From an uncultured Gemmatimonadales bacterium (GTDB lineage Bacteria > Gemmatimonadota > Gemmatimonadetes > Longimicrobiales > RSA9): a stretch of 64,000 nucleotides of DNA. This document shows, piece after piece, positions 1 to 8,503 of this stretch. A program made the translations under genes and the position numbers. Numbering within the stretch: position 1 is the stretch's first letter; each line of letters starts with the position of its first letter. The notes below the pieces were generated by a model. The model made no database searches and was not told the DNA's origin. It worked only from the letters and a program-made list of their open reading frames with translations. The stretch is taken from assembly GCA_963816355.1 (NCBI GenBank), contig CAWFKH010000003.1, positions 1,248,001 through 1,312,000 on the forward strand, given 5' to 3'.

Positions 1-402
1 ATCCGTCAACAGCAGGCCGTCCGCGCCCGCCGCCACCGCGTCACGCACCGCCGCCTCCGCGCCGTACGCCAGGATCGGGTTCAGATAGGTGAACAGGATG
101 ACGGGCGTCGCGTGCTCCGCTCGAAAGGCGCGCAGCGCCTCGAGCGCCGCAGCGAACCCCGCGCCCGCCTCCAGCGCCTTCTGGGACGCCGCCTGAATCG
201 TCGGCCCGTCCGCGAGTGGATCGCTGAACGGAACGCCCAGCTCGATCGCGTCCGCTCCCGCTTCCGCCAGCCCCCGCAGCAGCGCCGGCGTCGCCGCCGC
301 GTCCGGGAAGCCCGCCGTCAGGTACGGCACGAGCAGACGGTGGCCCGCCGCCACCCGCTCCCCCAGCGCGGCGGTGAGCCGCGCCTCAGGCGAAGTAGTC
401 AC
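1..402 (-). CDS. trpA: Tryptophan synthase alpha subunit (5' part; runs off the window edge)
   Basis: Manual translation from GTG at 402 gives MTTSPEARL...LLVPYLTAGFPD...IELGVPFSDPLADGPTIQ...YLNP...AGADGLLLTD, which are TrpA motifs. The start overlaps the HD-GYP 3' end by 17 nt. Confidence 0.93.
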   Translation of the reverse strand, partial: MTTSPEARLTAALGERVAAGHRLLVPYLTAGFPDAAATPALLRGLAEAGADAIELGVPFSDPLADGPTIQAASQKALEAGAGFAAALEALRAFRAEHATPVILFTYLNPILAYGAEAAVRDAVAAGADGLLLTD

Positions 403-1891
403 CGATCCGGATTCCATAGCGCGCCGGGTCCGTCGTCTTGATGATCGTCCGCGCCGGCAGCCCCGTCGCCTCGTCCACCGCCGACAGGTCCACCAGCGCC
501 GGCTCCCCGAGTGGCCGACCGTAACCGTCCGAGATCACCTTCACCATCGGCTGGTGCAGCTTCACCGGGTCCGGGTTCGCCGCGTACACCAGCCCCAGCT
601 CGTGCGTGTCCAGGATCACCAGCGTTCCCACCGGGAAGATCCCCGTCACGTTGATCAGCGCCTTCACCAGCAGCGCGTCGTAGCCCCGCTTCGGGTTGTC
701 CCGCATCTCCTGCAGCACCAGCTCCGCCCGCGGAGGGTCGCGCTGATACGACCGCCGCGCCGTGCCCGCTTCGAACCCGTCCGCCACCGCCACGATGCGG
801 CTGAACAGTGTGGGGCTCCGCGGCCGCCGGTTCTTCGGGTAGCCCGACAGGTCCACGCGCATGTGATGCTCGTACGCCATCAGCATCGCCCGCCACAGCC
901 CCTCCCCGAACCCGTGCATCGAGAACAGCGCCAGCATGCCGTCCGTGGGATGCCGCTGCATCCGGTGCCATTCCTCCTCCGTCAGCCCCCCCTCCTTCTG
1001 CACCAGCTCCGCCCCCACCCGCTGCTTCCCCACGTCGTGGAACAGCGCCCCCATCCCCAGCTCGTACAACTGCAGCTTCGACAGCCCCAGCTTCTGACCC
1101 AGGATCACGCTGAAGATGCACACGTTAACGCAGTGCGTGAACGTGTACTCGTCGAAATCGCGCAGCGTCGTCATCCCCAGCATCAACTGCTCGTTGCGCA
1201 GCACCTGGTCGACGATCGCCTGCACCGCACGCTTCACCCGCCGCACGCTCACCGCCTTGCCCAGCCGCGTGTCCGTCAGAACGTGACGAGCCACTTGAAC
1301 TGACTGGACATATGTCCTCTTGGCAGCCTCTTTTGCGAGATTCTCATCATCCTCCTCCTCTTGCTCCGTCGACGGCTGCGTCATGGCGACGCGGATGCGA
1401 CGGACGGGCGAGGCGTCGAGGCGGTCGCGGAAGCGGAGGTACGGCGCCGCGGGGTCGTCGTCGGACCCCGCCGCGGGCGGCTCGGCGAGGAGCAGGGCGA
1501 GGAAGGCGGCCCATTCGGGGCGTTCGACGTCGCGGTCGATGTCGATCTCGCCCAAGAGGTGTCGCGAGAAGAGGTTTCGGACCTGGGAGATGGCGCCGTA
1601 GGTGCTCAGCTCCATGCGGAGCCGGACGTCGTTGAGGAAGACGAAGTCGTCCGCGATGCGGACGTTCGCCATCTGCTCGAGATCGAAGAGGGCGGTGGCG
1701 CTGCGGCGCAGCTCGTCGAGGGCGTGCTGCACGGTCTCGTTCTCGATCGGGTAGAGGCGCAGCGCCTGCGCGGCCGCGTGGAAAGCGAGGAGCAGGGCCT
1801 TGCCGGCGTCCTGCAGGGCGGCGGCGTCCGCGCGCTCGTCGCGGGAGACGTCGTCGGGGCGCATTCCCTCGGCGCCGGCGATGGTGCTCAC
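386..1891 (-). CDS. HD-GYP domain cyclic-dinucleotide phosphodiesterase (RxxQ variant)
   Basis: Motifs EYTFTHCVNV, FHDVGK, HHMRVDLSGYP and VADGFEAGTARRSYQ. GTG start overlaps the upstream stop (GTGA). Confidence 0.88.
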   Translation of the reverse strand: MSTIAGAEGMRPDDVSRDERADAAALQDAGKALLLAFHAAAQALRLYPIENETVQHALDELRRSATALFDLEQMANVRIADDFVFLNDVRLRMELSTYGAISQVRNLFSRHLLGEIDIDRDVERPEWAAFLALLLAEPPAAGSDDDPAAPYLRFRDRLDASPVRRIRVAMTQPSTEQEEEDDENLAKEAAKRTYVQSVQVARHVLTDTRLGKAVSVRRVKRAVQAIVDQVLRNEQLMLGMTTLRDFDEYTFTHCVNVCIFSVILGQKLGLSKLQLYELGMGALFHDVGKQRVGAELVQKEGGLTEEEWHRMQRHPTDGMLALFSMHGFGEGLWRAMLMAYEHHMRVDLSGYPKNRRPRSPTLFSRIVAVADGFEAGTARRSYQRDPPRAELVLQEMRDNPKRGYDALLVKALINVTGIFPVGTLVILDTHELGLVYAANPDPVKLHQPMVKVISDGYGRPLGEPALVDLSAVDEATGLPARTIIKTTDPARYGIRIGDYFA

Positions 1892-3660
1892 GGGCGGCTG
1901 TCGCGGCGGAGGGCGCCGAGCGCGGCGGTGCGGACGAGCGGCTCCTTGTCGGAAGCGGCGGTGCGCAGCGCCTTCTCGGCGGTGGGTGTGGCGACGCGGC
2001 CGAGCGCACGGGCGGCGCAGGCGCGGATCTCGGGCGGCTGCCGGCCGCCGATCAGGCTCCGCGAGTTGAGGAGGCGGTCGAGCAGCGGGACGCTGTCGCC
2101 GCCGGCGACGGCCGCGTACGCTTCGAAGAAGGCGATCTTCTCGGTGAGGTCGGCGTCGCGGATGGCGCGGTCCTCCAGGATGCGCTCGAGCACGGCGCGG
2201 GCCGGAGCGTGGCGGAGCGCGCCGATGCCGCGCGCGGCGGCGATGCGGACGTCGCGGTCGTCGTCGCCGACGGCGCGGTGGAGCGGCTCGACGGCCGCAG
2301 CGGACTTCATGGCGGCGAGCGCTTCGACGGCGGCGAGTCGGAGGGTGGCGTCCTCGTGGCCGATCAGCCGCTGCAGCGCGGGCACGGTGGCAGGGAGGGC
2401 GAGGCGGCCGGCGATGCGCGCGGCGCCCGCCGCGAGGAGCGGATCGGGGTCGTCCACGAGGGCGACGAGGGCGTCGACGTTCTGGCGGGCCATGCCCTCG
2501 ATGGCGGAGCGGAAGCGGTCGCGCAGCGCCGGGACCTGCGTGCGCTCGGTCGCGCCGAGCAGAACCGGCAGCGCCTCGGGACGGAGATAGTTGATGAAGA
2601 TGCCGAGCTCCGTCGCGCCGGCGTCGATCGCGCCCTCCTCGACGGCCTGGAAGAGCTGCTGCAGCATGGCGGGCGTGCTGAGCTCGTCGAAGACGGCGGC
2701 GGCCTCGGCCTCGATCGTCTCCGGAAGGACGTCGTCCTGATCCAGCAGCGTCTGCAGCTCGAGGAGCACCGTGGCCGCGTAGCCGAGATCGCCGCGCGCG
2801 AGGAAGACCGGAAGGATCTGTCGCAGCACGGTGACGATCTCCGCCTGCAGCGGCGGCTCGTCCTCGAGGCGGTCGAAGAGCGCGTTCAGCACGTCCGCCT
2901 TGAGGTCTCGCTGCCATTCACGATCGAGCTCCGTGCGCAGCGTCGCGATCTCGCGGTCGTCGAGGAAGAGGAGCGTCTCCTCGAACTGCCCGGCGCCGAA
3001 CTCCGGCGGCCGCTCCGCGTCGGCCGCCTCCGTGTCCGCGCCCTCGCGCCGCTCCGATGCGCCCGGGCCGGCCTCGTCGATCTCGCGCTGGATCAGCTCC
3101 GGCGGCACCGGCTCGAGGAGACCCGCGCCCGGCTCCGGCAGGGCGACCGTGTCGGCGAGCTGATCCATGTAGCCGAAGCGGAAGTGCGGAAGGTCGGCCT
3201 CCCACAGCAGGGTGACGAGGTCGTCGCCGTACTTGTCGGCGACACGGGCGCGGTTCAGCACGTCGAGGAACGGCTCGACCCCGTCCTCGAAGCCGGGCTC
3301 GAAGGTGATGAAACGGATGCCGTCCTTGTAGAAGACGAACGGCAGGCTCTCCCGGCCCTCCCCGACCTCGCACGAGACGCCGCTCCACACGAAGGCGCCC
3401 TCCTCCACCCGCAGCTCGAGCGGCTCGAGGTAGCCCCACAGATCGGCGAACGCTTCATGGAGCGACTCCGTGAAACGCTGCCGGACCGGGTTGTCGGCGT
3501 TGTAGAGCTGATGCGAGCGGATGCACTTTCCCAGGAGCCTCAGCAGGCGCGCGACGCGCTCGGCTTCCGTTCCCGCCCCGGCGTCGACGCCCGCCTCCGT
3601 CTCCTCGTCGGCGAGATCCAGCGCCGCCGGATGGATCAGGTCCCCGCTCGCGTCGGCCAT
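1888..3660 (-). CDS. HEAT-repeat protein
   Basis: 590 aa with an acidic N-terminal half and C-terminal PBS-lyase/HEAT-like repeats (DDDRDVRIAAARGIG, EIRACAARALG, KEPLVRTAALGAL). Confidence 0.8.
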   Translation of the reverse strand: MADASGDLIHPAALDLADEETEAGVDAGAGTEAERVARLLRLLGKCIRSHQLYNADNPVRQRFTESLHEAFADLWGYLEPLELRVEEGAFVWSGVSCEVGEGRESLPFVFYKDGIRFITFEPGFEDGVEPFLDVLNRARVADKYGDDLVTLLWEADLPHFRFGYMDQLADTVALPEPGAGLLEPVPPELIQREIDEAGPGASERREGADTEAADAERPPEFGAGQFEETLLFLDDREIATLRTELDREWQRDLKADVLNALFDRLEDEPPLQAEIVTVLRQILPVFLARGDLGYAATVLLELQTLLDQDDVLPETIEAEAAAVFDELSTPAMLQQLFQAVEEGAIDAGATELGIFINYLRPEALPVLLGATERTQVPALRDRFRSAIEGMARQNVDALVALVDDPDPLLAAGAARIAGRLALPATVPALQRLIGHEDATLRLAAVEALAAMKSAAAVEPLHRAVGDDDRDVRIAAARGIGALRHAPARAVLERILEDRAIRDADLTEKIAFFEAYAAVAGGDSVPLLDRLLNSRSLIGGRQPPEIRACAARALGRVATPTAEKALRTAASDKEPLVRTAALGALRRDSRP

Positions 3661-3670
3661 CTCTAGCTGG

Positions 3671-4897
3671 TCACTCCGTCGCCTCGCCGCCCGGGCCGCC
3701 GCTGAGCATCTCGGCCACCTGTGCGACGTCCTTGTCCCCCCGCCCGCTCAGGTTCAGCACCACCGGCCCGGCATCCGCCCATCGCGCCCCCTCGCGCAGC
3801 AGGTAGGCCACGGCGTGGGCGCTTTCGAGCGCCGGTATGATGCCCTCGAGCCGCGCCAGCCGCGCGAACGCGGCGAGCGCCTCCTCGTCGCTCGCGCTGA
3901 CGTAGCGCGCACGGCCGCTCGCGCGCAGGTGCGCGTGCTCCGGCCCGACGCCGGGATAATCGAGGCCCGCGGAGACGGAATGCGCCGGCGCGACCTGGCC
4001 GCCGTCGTCCTGGAGCAGGTAGCTGAGCGAACCGTGGAGCACGCCGGGACGGCCGGCGGACAGCGACGCCGCGTGGCGCCCGCTCCCCAGCCCCTCGCCC
4101 GACGCCTCGACGCCGACGAGCTCGACTGCTTCGTCCGGGATGAAGGTGTGGAAGATGCCCATCGCGTTCGATCCCCCACCGACGCACGCGACCACGGCCG
4201 CGGGGAGTCGGCCCTCGAGCGCCTCGAGCTGTGTGCGGGTCTCCTGGCCGATGACGGCCTGGAAGTCGCGGACCATCCGGGGATACGGGTCGGGTCCGAC
4301 CACGGAGCCGATAATGTAATGCGTGTCGCGGACGTTGGTAACCCAGTCGCGGATCGCCTCGTTCGTCGCGTCCTTGAGCGTGCGCGTGCCGCTCCGCACC
4401 GTGCGCACCTCCGCTCCCATCAGCTCCATGCGATAGACGTTCAGCGCCTGCCGCCGCACATCTTCCTCGCCCATGTAGACGACACAGTCGAGCCCGAACA
4501 ACGCGCACACCGTCGCCGTCGCCACGCCGTGCTGACCCGCGCCGGTCTCGGCGATGATGCGGCCCTTGCCCATGCGACGCGCCAGCAGCACCTGGCCGAG
4601 CGTGTTGTTGATCTTGTGCGCGCCCGTGTGGTTGAGGTCCTCCCGCTTGAGGTAGACGCGCACGCCGCCCGCGGCGTCACCCAGCCGGTCCGCCCGATAG
4701 AGCGGCGTCGGCCGGCCCACGTAATCGCGCAGCAGCGCATCCAGATCCCGGCGGTAGGCAGCATCGCGCCGGGCCTCCGCGTACGCCGCCGCCAGCTCGT
4801 CGAGCGCGCCGATCAGCGTCTCCGGCACGTAGCGGCCGCCGAACTCGCCGAAGCGGCCCGTCTCCGTCGCCGCCGCCGTCTCTTCTCCCTCGTTCAT
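3671..4897 (-). CDS. trpB: Tryptophan synthase beta subunit
   Basis: [28 protein letters not shown] (PLP lysine), [30 protein letters not shown] overlap with trpCF. Confidence 0.97.
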   Translation of the reverse strand: MNEGEETAAATETGRFGEFGGRYVPETLIGALDELAAAYAEARRDAAYRRDLDALLRDYVGRPTPLYRADRLGDAAGGVRVYLKREDLNHTGAHKINNTLGQVLLARRMGKGRIIAETGAGQHGVATATVCALFGLDCVVYMGEEDVRRQALNVYRMELMGAEVRTVRSGTRTLKDATNEAIRDWVTNVRDTHYIIGSVVGPDPYPRMVRDFQAVIGQETRTQLEALEGRLPAAVVACVGGGSNAMGIFHTFIPDEAVELVGVEASGEGLGSGRHAASLSAGRPGVLHGSLSYLLQDDGGQVAPAHSVSAGLDYPGVGPEHAHLRASGRARYVSASDEEALAAFARLARLEGIIPALESAHAVAYLLREGARWADAGPVVLNLSGRGDKDVAQVAEMLSGGPGGEATE

Positions 4898-6447
4898 GCG
4901 ATCTCCCGGTCCGTCGTCCGCTCCCCCGCCCCCGCGATGGCCGGCCCCCGCGCCGCACGGGCCGCGCTCACGAACGACCGCAGCGCCGCCCCCGACTTCT
5001 CCCCCACCCGCGCCTCCACGCCGGAGCTCACGTCCACCAGGTCGGGACGAAGCAGCTCCGCCGCGGCCGCCACGTTCTCCGGCGTCAGCCCGCCTGCGAC
5101 GACCAGCCGCGGCCGGCGCTCGCCGAGCCCCTCCAGCGCCGCCGCAGCCCCCGCCCAGTCGAACCGCTCGCCGGTGCCTCCCGCCCCGCGATCCGACCAC
5201 GCGTCGAGCAACACCGCGTCCGCCACCCCTTCCCAGCGCGCCAGCTCCGGCGCGAGCTCCGCCGCCGACCGCAGCCGCACCGCCTTCCACGCTTCCCACC
5301 GCCCGGCCGCCCGCACCGCCGCCACCGCCGCCACCGACTCCCGCCCGTGAAGCTGGACGGCGTCGAGCTGGAGGCGGCGCGCCGCCGTCACCACCGCCTC
5401 CACCGGCTCGTCCACGAAGACGCCCACCCGACGCGGACCCGCGCCAGCGCCCGCGGCCCCCCCGGGGCCCGCGGGCCCCATGGCCTCCGCCGCGCCCGCA
5501 AAGATCGCCGCGGCGGACGTCGTCGTCTGCGCCCGTGGACCCGACGCGCTGAGGATCACGCCCAGGTAGTCGGCCCCCGCTGCGGCCGCCGCCGCCGCGT
5601 CCTCCGGCCGGCACAGCCCGCACACCTTCACGAGCGGCGGTGCCACCGCGCCGCCGCGCGGGCGACGCCGCTGCCGCGCCAGCTCCGCGCCATCACCGCC
5701 GCGCGCGTCCGCCCGCATCAGCGCCTCACCGACGAGCACCGCGTCGACGCCCGCCTCCCCCAGCGCCGCGACCTCCTCCGCGCTCCGGATCCCGCTCTCT
5801 CCCACGAGCACGACGTCGCGCGGAACGAGCGGCGCCAGCTCGAGCGTCCGCCGCAGCTCCGTGCGGAACGTCGTCAGGTCCCGGTTGTTTACTCCCACCA
5901 GGCGCGCCCCCGCCGCCAGCGCGCGCTCCAGCTCCGCCCCATCGTGCACCTCCACCAGCGCGTCCAGCCCCACCTCCCGCGCCGCCGCCAGCAGATCTCG
6001 CAGCCGCGCCGCATCCAGGATGCGCACGATCAGCAGCACCGCGTCCGCACCCGCCGCCCGCGCCTCCCACACCTGCGCCGCGTCGATCACGAAGTCCTTG
6101 CGCAGCACCGGCAGCGCGACCGCCGCCCGCGCCGCTTCCAGATCCGCCAGCGAGCCGCCGAACTCCGGCCCGTCCGTGAGTACACTCAGCGCCGAGGCGC
6201 CCGCGTCCGCGTACGCCGTGACCACCCGCGCCGGCTCCGCGCCCTCGCCCAGCCACCCCGCCGACGGCGAGCGCCGCTTGAACTCCGCGATCACCGCCAC
6301 GCGCGGCCCCCGCAGCGCCCGCGCGAAGCCCCGCACCGGCGCCGCCGACGCCGCCGCCTCGGCCGCGCGCCGCAGCCCCCCCTCCCGCGGCCGCAGCCGC
6401 TCCACCTCGTCGCGCTTCGCCTCGACGATCCGTTCAAGGATCGACAT
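4894..6447 (-). CDS. trpCF: Fused indole-3-glycerol-phosphate synthase / phosphoribosylanthranilate isomerase
   Basis: TrpC motifs ([26 protein letters not shown]) are in frame with TrpF motifs ([36 protein letters not shown]). RBS AAGGGGG precedes the ATG. Confidence 0.9.
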   Translation of the reverse strand: MSILERIVEAKRDEVERLRPREGGLRRAAEAAASAAPVRGFARALRGPRVAVIAEFKRRSPSAGWLGEGAEPARVVTAYADAGASALSVLTDGPEFGGSLADLEAARAAVALPVLRKDFVIDAAQVWEARAAGADAVLLIVRILDAARLRDLLAAAREVGLDALVEVHDGAELERALAAGARLVGVNNRDLTTFRTELRRTLELAPLVPRDVVLVGESGIRSAEEVAALGEAGVDAVLVGEALMRADARGGDGAELARQRRRPRGGAVAPPLVKVCGLCRPEDAAAAAAAGADYLGVILSASGPRAQTTTSAAAIFAGAAEAMGPAGPGGAAGAGAGPRRVGVFVDEPVEAVVTAARRLQLDAVQLHGRESVAAVAAVRAAGRWEAWKAVRLRSAAELAPELARWEGVADAVLLDAWSDRGAGGTGERFDWAGAAAALEGLGERRPRLVVAGGLTPENVAAAAELLRPDLVDVSSGVEARVGEKSGAALRSFVSAARAARGPAIAGAGERTTDREIA

Positions 6448-6455
6448 CGTCCCCC

Positions 6456-6514
6456 TTGCGATTCGGTCCCTTTTCGGGTAGTGTGCGTTCGGGCCTTCTT
6501 CGGCCCAAGATCGG
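6456..6514 (+). promoter_or_regulatory. lexA sigma70-type promoter overlapped by TTCGG direct repeats (candidate LexA operators)
   Basis: TTGCGA (6456-6461)-N17-TAGTGT (6479-6484). TTCGG occurs at 6462, 6473, 6488 and 6499, and ATCGG at 6510, with an 11-bp period within each group. Confidence 0.65.
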
Positions 6515-6577
6515 AGCGGATCGCCCGCCACGCAAGCCGTGGAGGGCTTCTACACCCCTGCCTCTCGGGAGTGTGCC

Positions 6578-7186
6578 ATGGCGGTGACCAAACGCCAGAA
6601 GGAGATCCTCGACTTCCTTCAGGAGTACCTGGCCGCGAACGGCTACGCACCCAGCTACGAGGAGATCGCCGGCAACTTCGGCTTCTCGTCCCTCGCGACG
6701 GTCCACGAGCACCTCGAGAACCTGAAGCGCAAGGGCTACATCCGGAAGAACTACAACGAGAGCCGTTCCATCGAGCTCGTCCCCACGGCCGCGCGCGTCG
6801 CCGCCGTGGAGCTGCCGCTCTTCGGCCGCGTCGCCGCCGGCGTGCCGATCGAAGCGGTACAGGAACAGGAAACGATCGCGGTGCCGGAGGACATGCTCGG
6901 GCGCGGCGGCCACAATTTCGTGCTTCGCGTTGCCGGTGACTCGATGATCGACGAGCAGATCCGGGACGGGGACTACATCGTCGTCAACTCGCGGCAGACC
7001 GCGCACGACGGCGAGATGGTCGTCGCCCTCGTCGACGAGGAGGCCGCGACGGTCAAGAAGTTCTACCGCGAGCGCGACGGCCGCATCCGCCTGCAGCCGG
7101 CCAACGCGACGATGCGCCCGCTGCACTACCGCGCCGACCGCATCCGCATCCAGGGGATCGTCGTCGGCGTGATCCGCAGGTACTGA
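6578..7186 (+). CDS. lexA: SOS repressor LexA
   Basis: N-terminal wHTH (TKRQKEIL...GYAPSYEEI), Ala-Gly cleavage site GRVAAG, catalytic Ser in GDSM and Lys in TVKK. Confidence 0.96.
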   Translation: MAVTKRQKEILDFLQEYLAANGYAPSYEEIAGNFGFSSLATVHEHLENLKRKGYIRKNYNESRSIELVPTAARVAAVELPLFGRVAAGVPIEAVQEQETIAVPEDMLGRGGHNFVLRVAGDSMIDEQIRDGDYIVVNSRQTAHDGEMVVALVDEEAATVKKFYRERDGRIRLQPANATMRPLHYRADRIRIQGIVVGVIRRY

Positions 7187-7196
7187 GGGAGGCGAT

Positions 7197-7382
7197 ATGG
7201 AGGGAGGCGTGGAGGATCGACGCGAGCGGCAGCGCTGCGAGGGGAACGGCGCCCGATCCGGGAAGCGTGCCTTCGTGCTCGGCCGGCGCAACCGCCGTGC
7301 GACCGAGGTCGTCCTCGTCGCGCGCCGGCGCCCGCCCCTCACCGGCCCCTGGACCCTGCGCGCGGTCGTGTCCGCGAACTGA
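7197..7382 (+). CDS. Small basic hypothetical protein downstream of lexA (61 aa)
   Basis: GGAGG RBS at 7188-7192; ATG 10 nt after the lexA stop; no recognised motif. Confidence 0.4.
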   Translation: MEGGVEDRRERQRCEGNGARSGKRAFVLGRRNRRATEVVLVARRRPPLTGPWTLRAVVSAN

Positions 7383-7426
7383 CCTGGTCGGCGAACGGAC
7401 CTGGTCCGCGAACGGACCTAGTCCGC
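7370..7426. repeat. 17-bp tandem repeat (about 3.4 copies) of a GTCCG-CGAA-CGGAC hairpin unit
   Basis: gtccgcgaactgacctg / gtcggcgaacggacctg / gtccgcgaacggaccta / gtccgc. Confidence 0.85.
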
Positions 7427-8503
7427 GGCGCCCGCCGCCGCCCGCGTCTCCTTCCGCAGCCGCTCCAGCACCTCGCGCGCCGCGCCGGATCGGATCGAGC
7501 GCTCCGCACCCTCGACCCCGTCGCCGAGCGTCGCGGCGATTCCGGCGACGTAGAGCGCCGCTCCCGCGTTGAGCACGACGGCGGCGTGCGCGGCGCGGCC
7601 GCCGCGTCCATCCAGCACCTCGAGCGTCACGCGCGCGTTGTGGTCCGGGTCGCCTCCGCCGAGCTCCGCGATGCGCAGATCCGTCCAGCCGAAGTCGGCG
7701 GGGCGGATCCTGTGGTGCTCGAGGCGGCCCTCGCGCAGCTCCCACACGTCGGTGTCCCCGACGGGGCTCAGTTCGTCCATGCCCGGCGCGCCATGGACGA
7801 CGAGCGCGTGTTCGTGGCCGAGGTGGCGGAGCGCGTTCGCGACTAGCTCGAGGAACGCGGGATCGGCCACGCCGACCACCTGGCGGCGAGCGCCCGCCGG
7901 GTTGGTCAGCGGCCCCAGGAGGTTCATCACGGTCGGGATGCCGAGCTCGCGGCGCACCGGGATCACGTGCCGCATGGCCGGGTGGAGGATCGGTGCGAAC
8001 ATGAAGACGATCCCGGCGCGGTCGAAGACCTCCGCCATCGCTTCGGCGGTCAGGTCGATGCGCACGCCGAGCGCCTCCAGAACGTCGGCCGTGCCGCAAC
8101 GCGAGGTGAAGGAGCGGTTGCCGTGCTTCGCGATGCGGGCGCCGCCGCCCGCCGCGACCAGGGCCGCCGTGGTCGAGATGTTGAAGGTGACGAGGTCCCC
8201 GCCGCCGGTGCCGCACGTGTCAACCACCGCCACTTCCGGATCGACCGGCACCGGCACCATCGCCCTGCGCATCGCTCGCACGCCGCCGGCCACCTCGGTG
8301 GCCGCCTCGCCTTTCGCCCGCAGAGCCGCCAGCAGCGCGGCCATCTGGATCGGCGACGCGCGCCCTTCCATCACGTCGCCGAACGCGAGCTCCGCCTCGG
8401 CCACGTCCAGGTCGACGCGGGAGGCGACCTTGCCGATCAGGGCGCCGAGGGAGGGGCGCGGCGGCTCCTCCTCCGCGCGGGCGAGCTCCGCCACGTCGCT
8501 CAC
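7418..8503 (-). CDS. trpD: Anthranilate phosphoribosyltransferase
   Basis: VDTCGTGG, TFNIST, AKHGNRS, NLLGPLTNP, GMDE. GTGA overlap with the upstream gene. Confidence 0.95.
   Translation of the reverse strand: MSDVAELARAEEEPPRPSLGALIGKVASRVDLDVAEAELAFGDVMEGRASPIQMAALLAALRAKGEAATEVAGGVRAMRRAMVPVPVDPEVAVVDTCGTGGGDLVTFNISTTAALVAAGGGARIAKHGNRSFTSRCGTADVLEALGVRIDLTAEAMAEVFDRAGIVFMFAPILHPAMRHVIPVRRELGIPTVMNLLGPLTNPAGARRQVVGVADPAFLELVANALRHLGHEHALVVHGAPGMDELSPVGDTDVWELREGRLEHHRIRPADFGWTDLRIAELGGGDPDHNARVTLEVLDGRGGRAAHAAVVLNAGAALYVAGIAATLGDGVEGAERSIRSGAAREVLERLRKETRAAAGAAD

Noticed and set aside
7370..7426. Possible mini CRISPR array
   Set aside because: The units are directly adjacent with no spacers, and there are no cas genes in the window.
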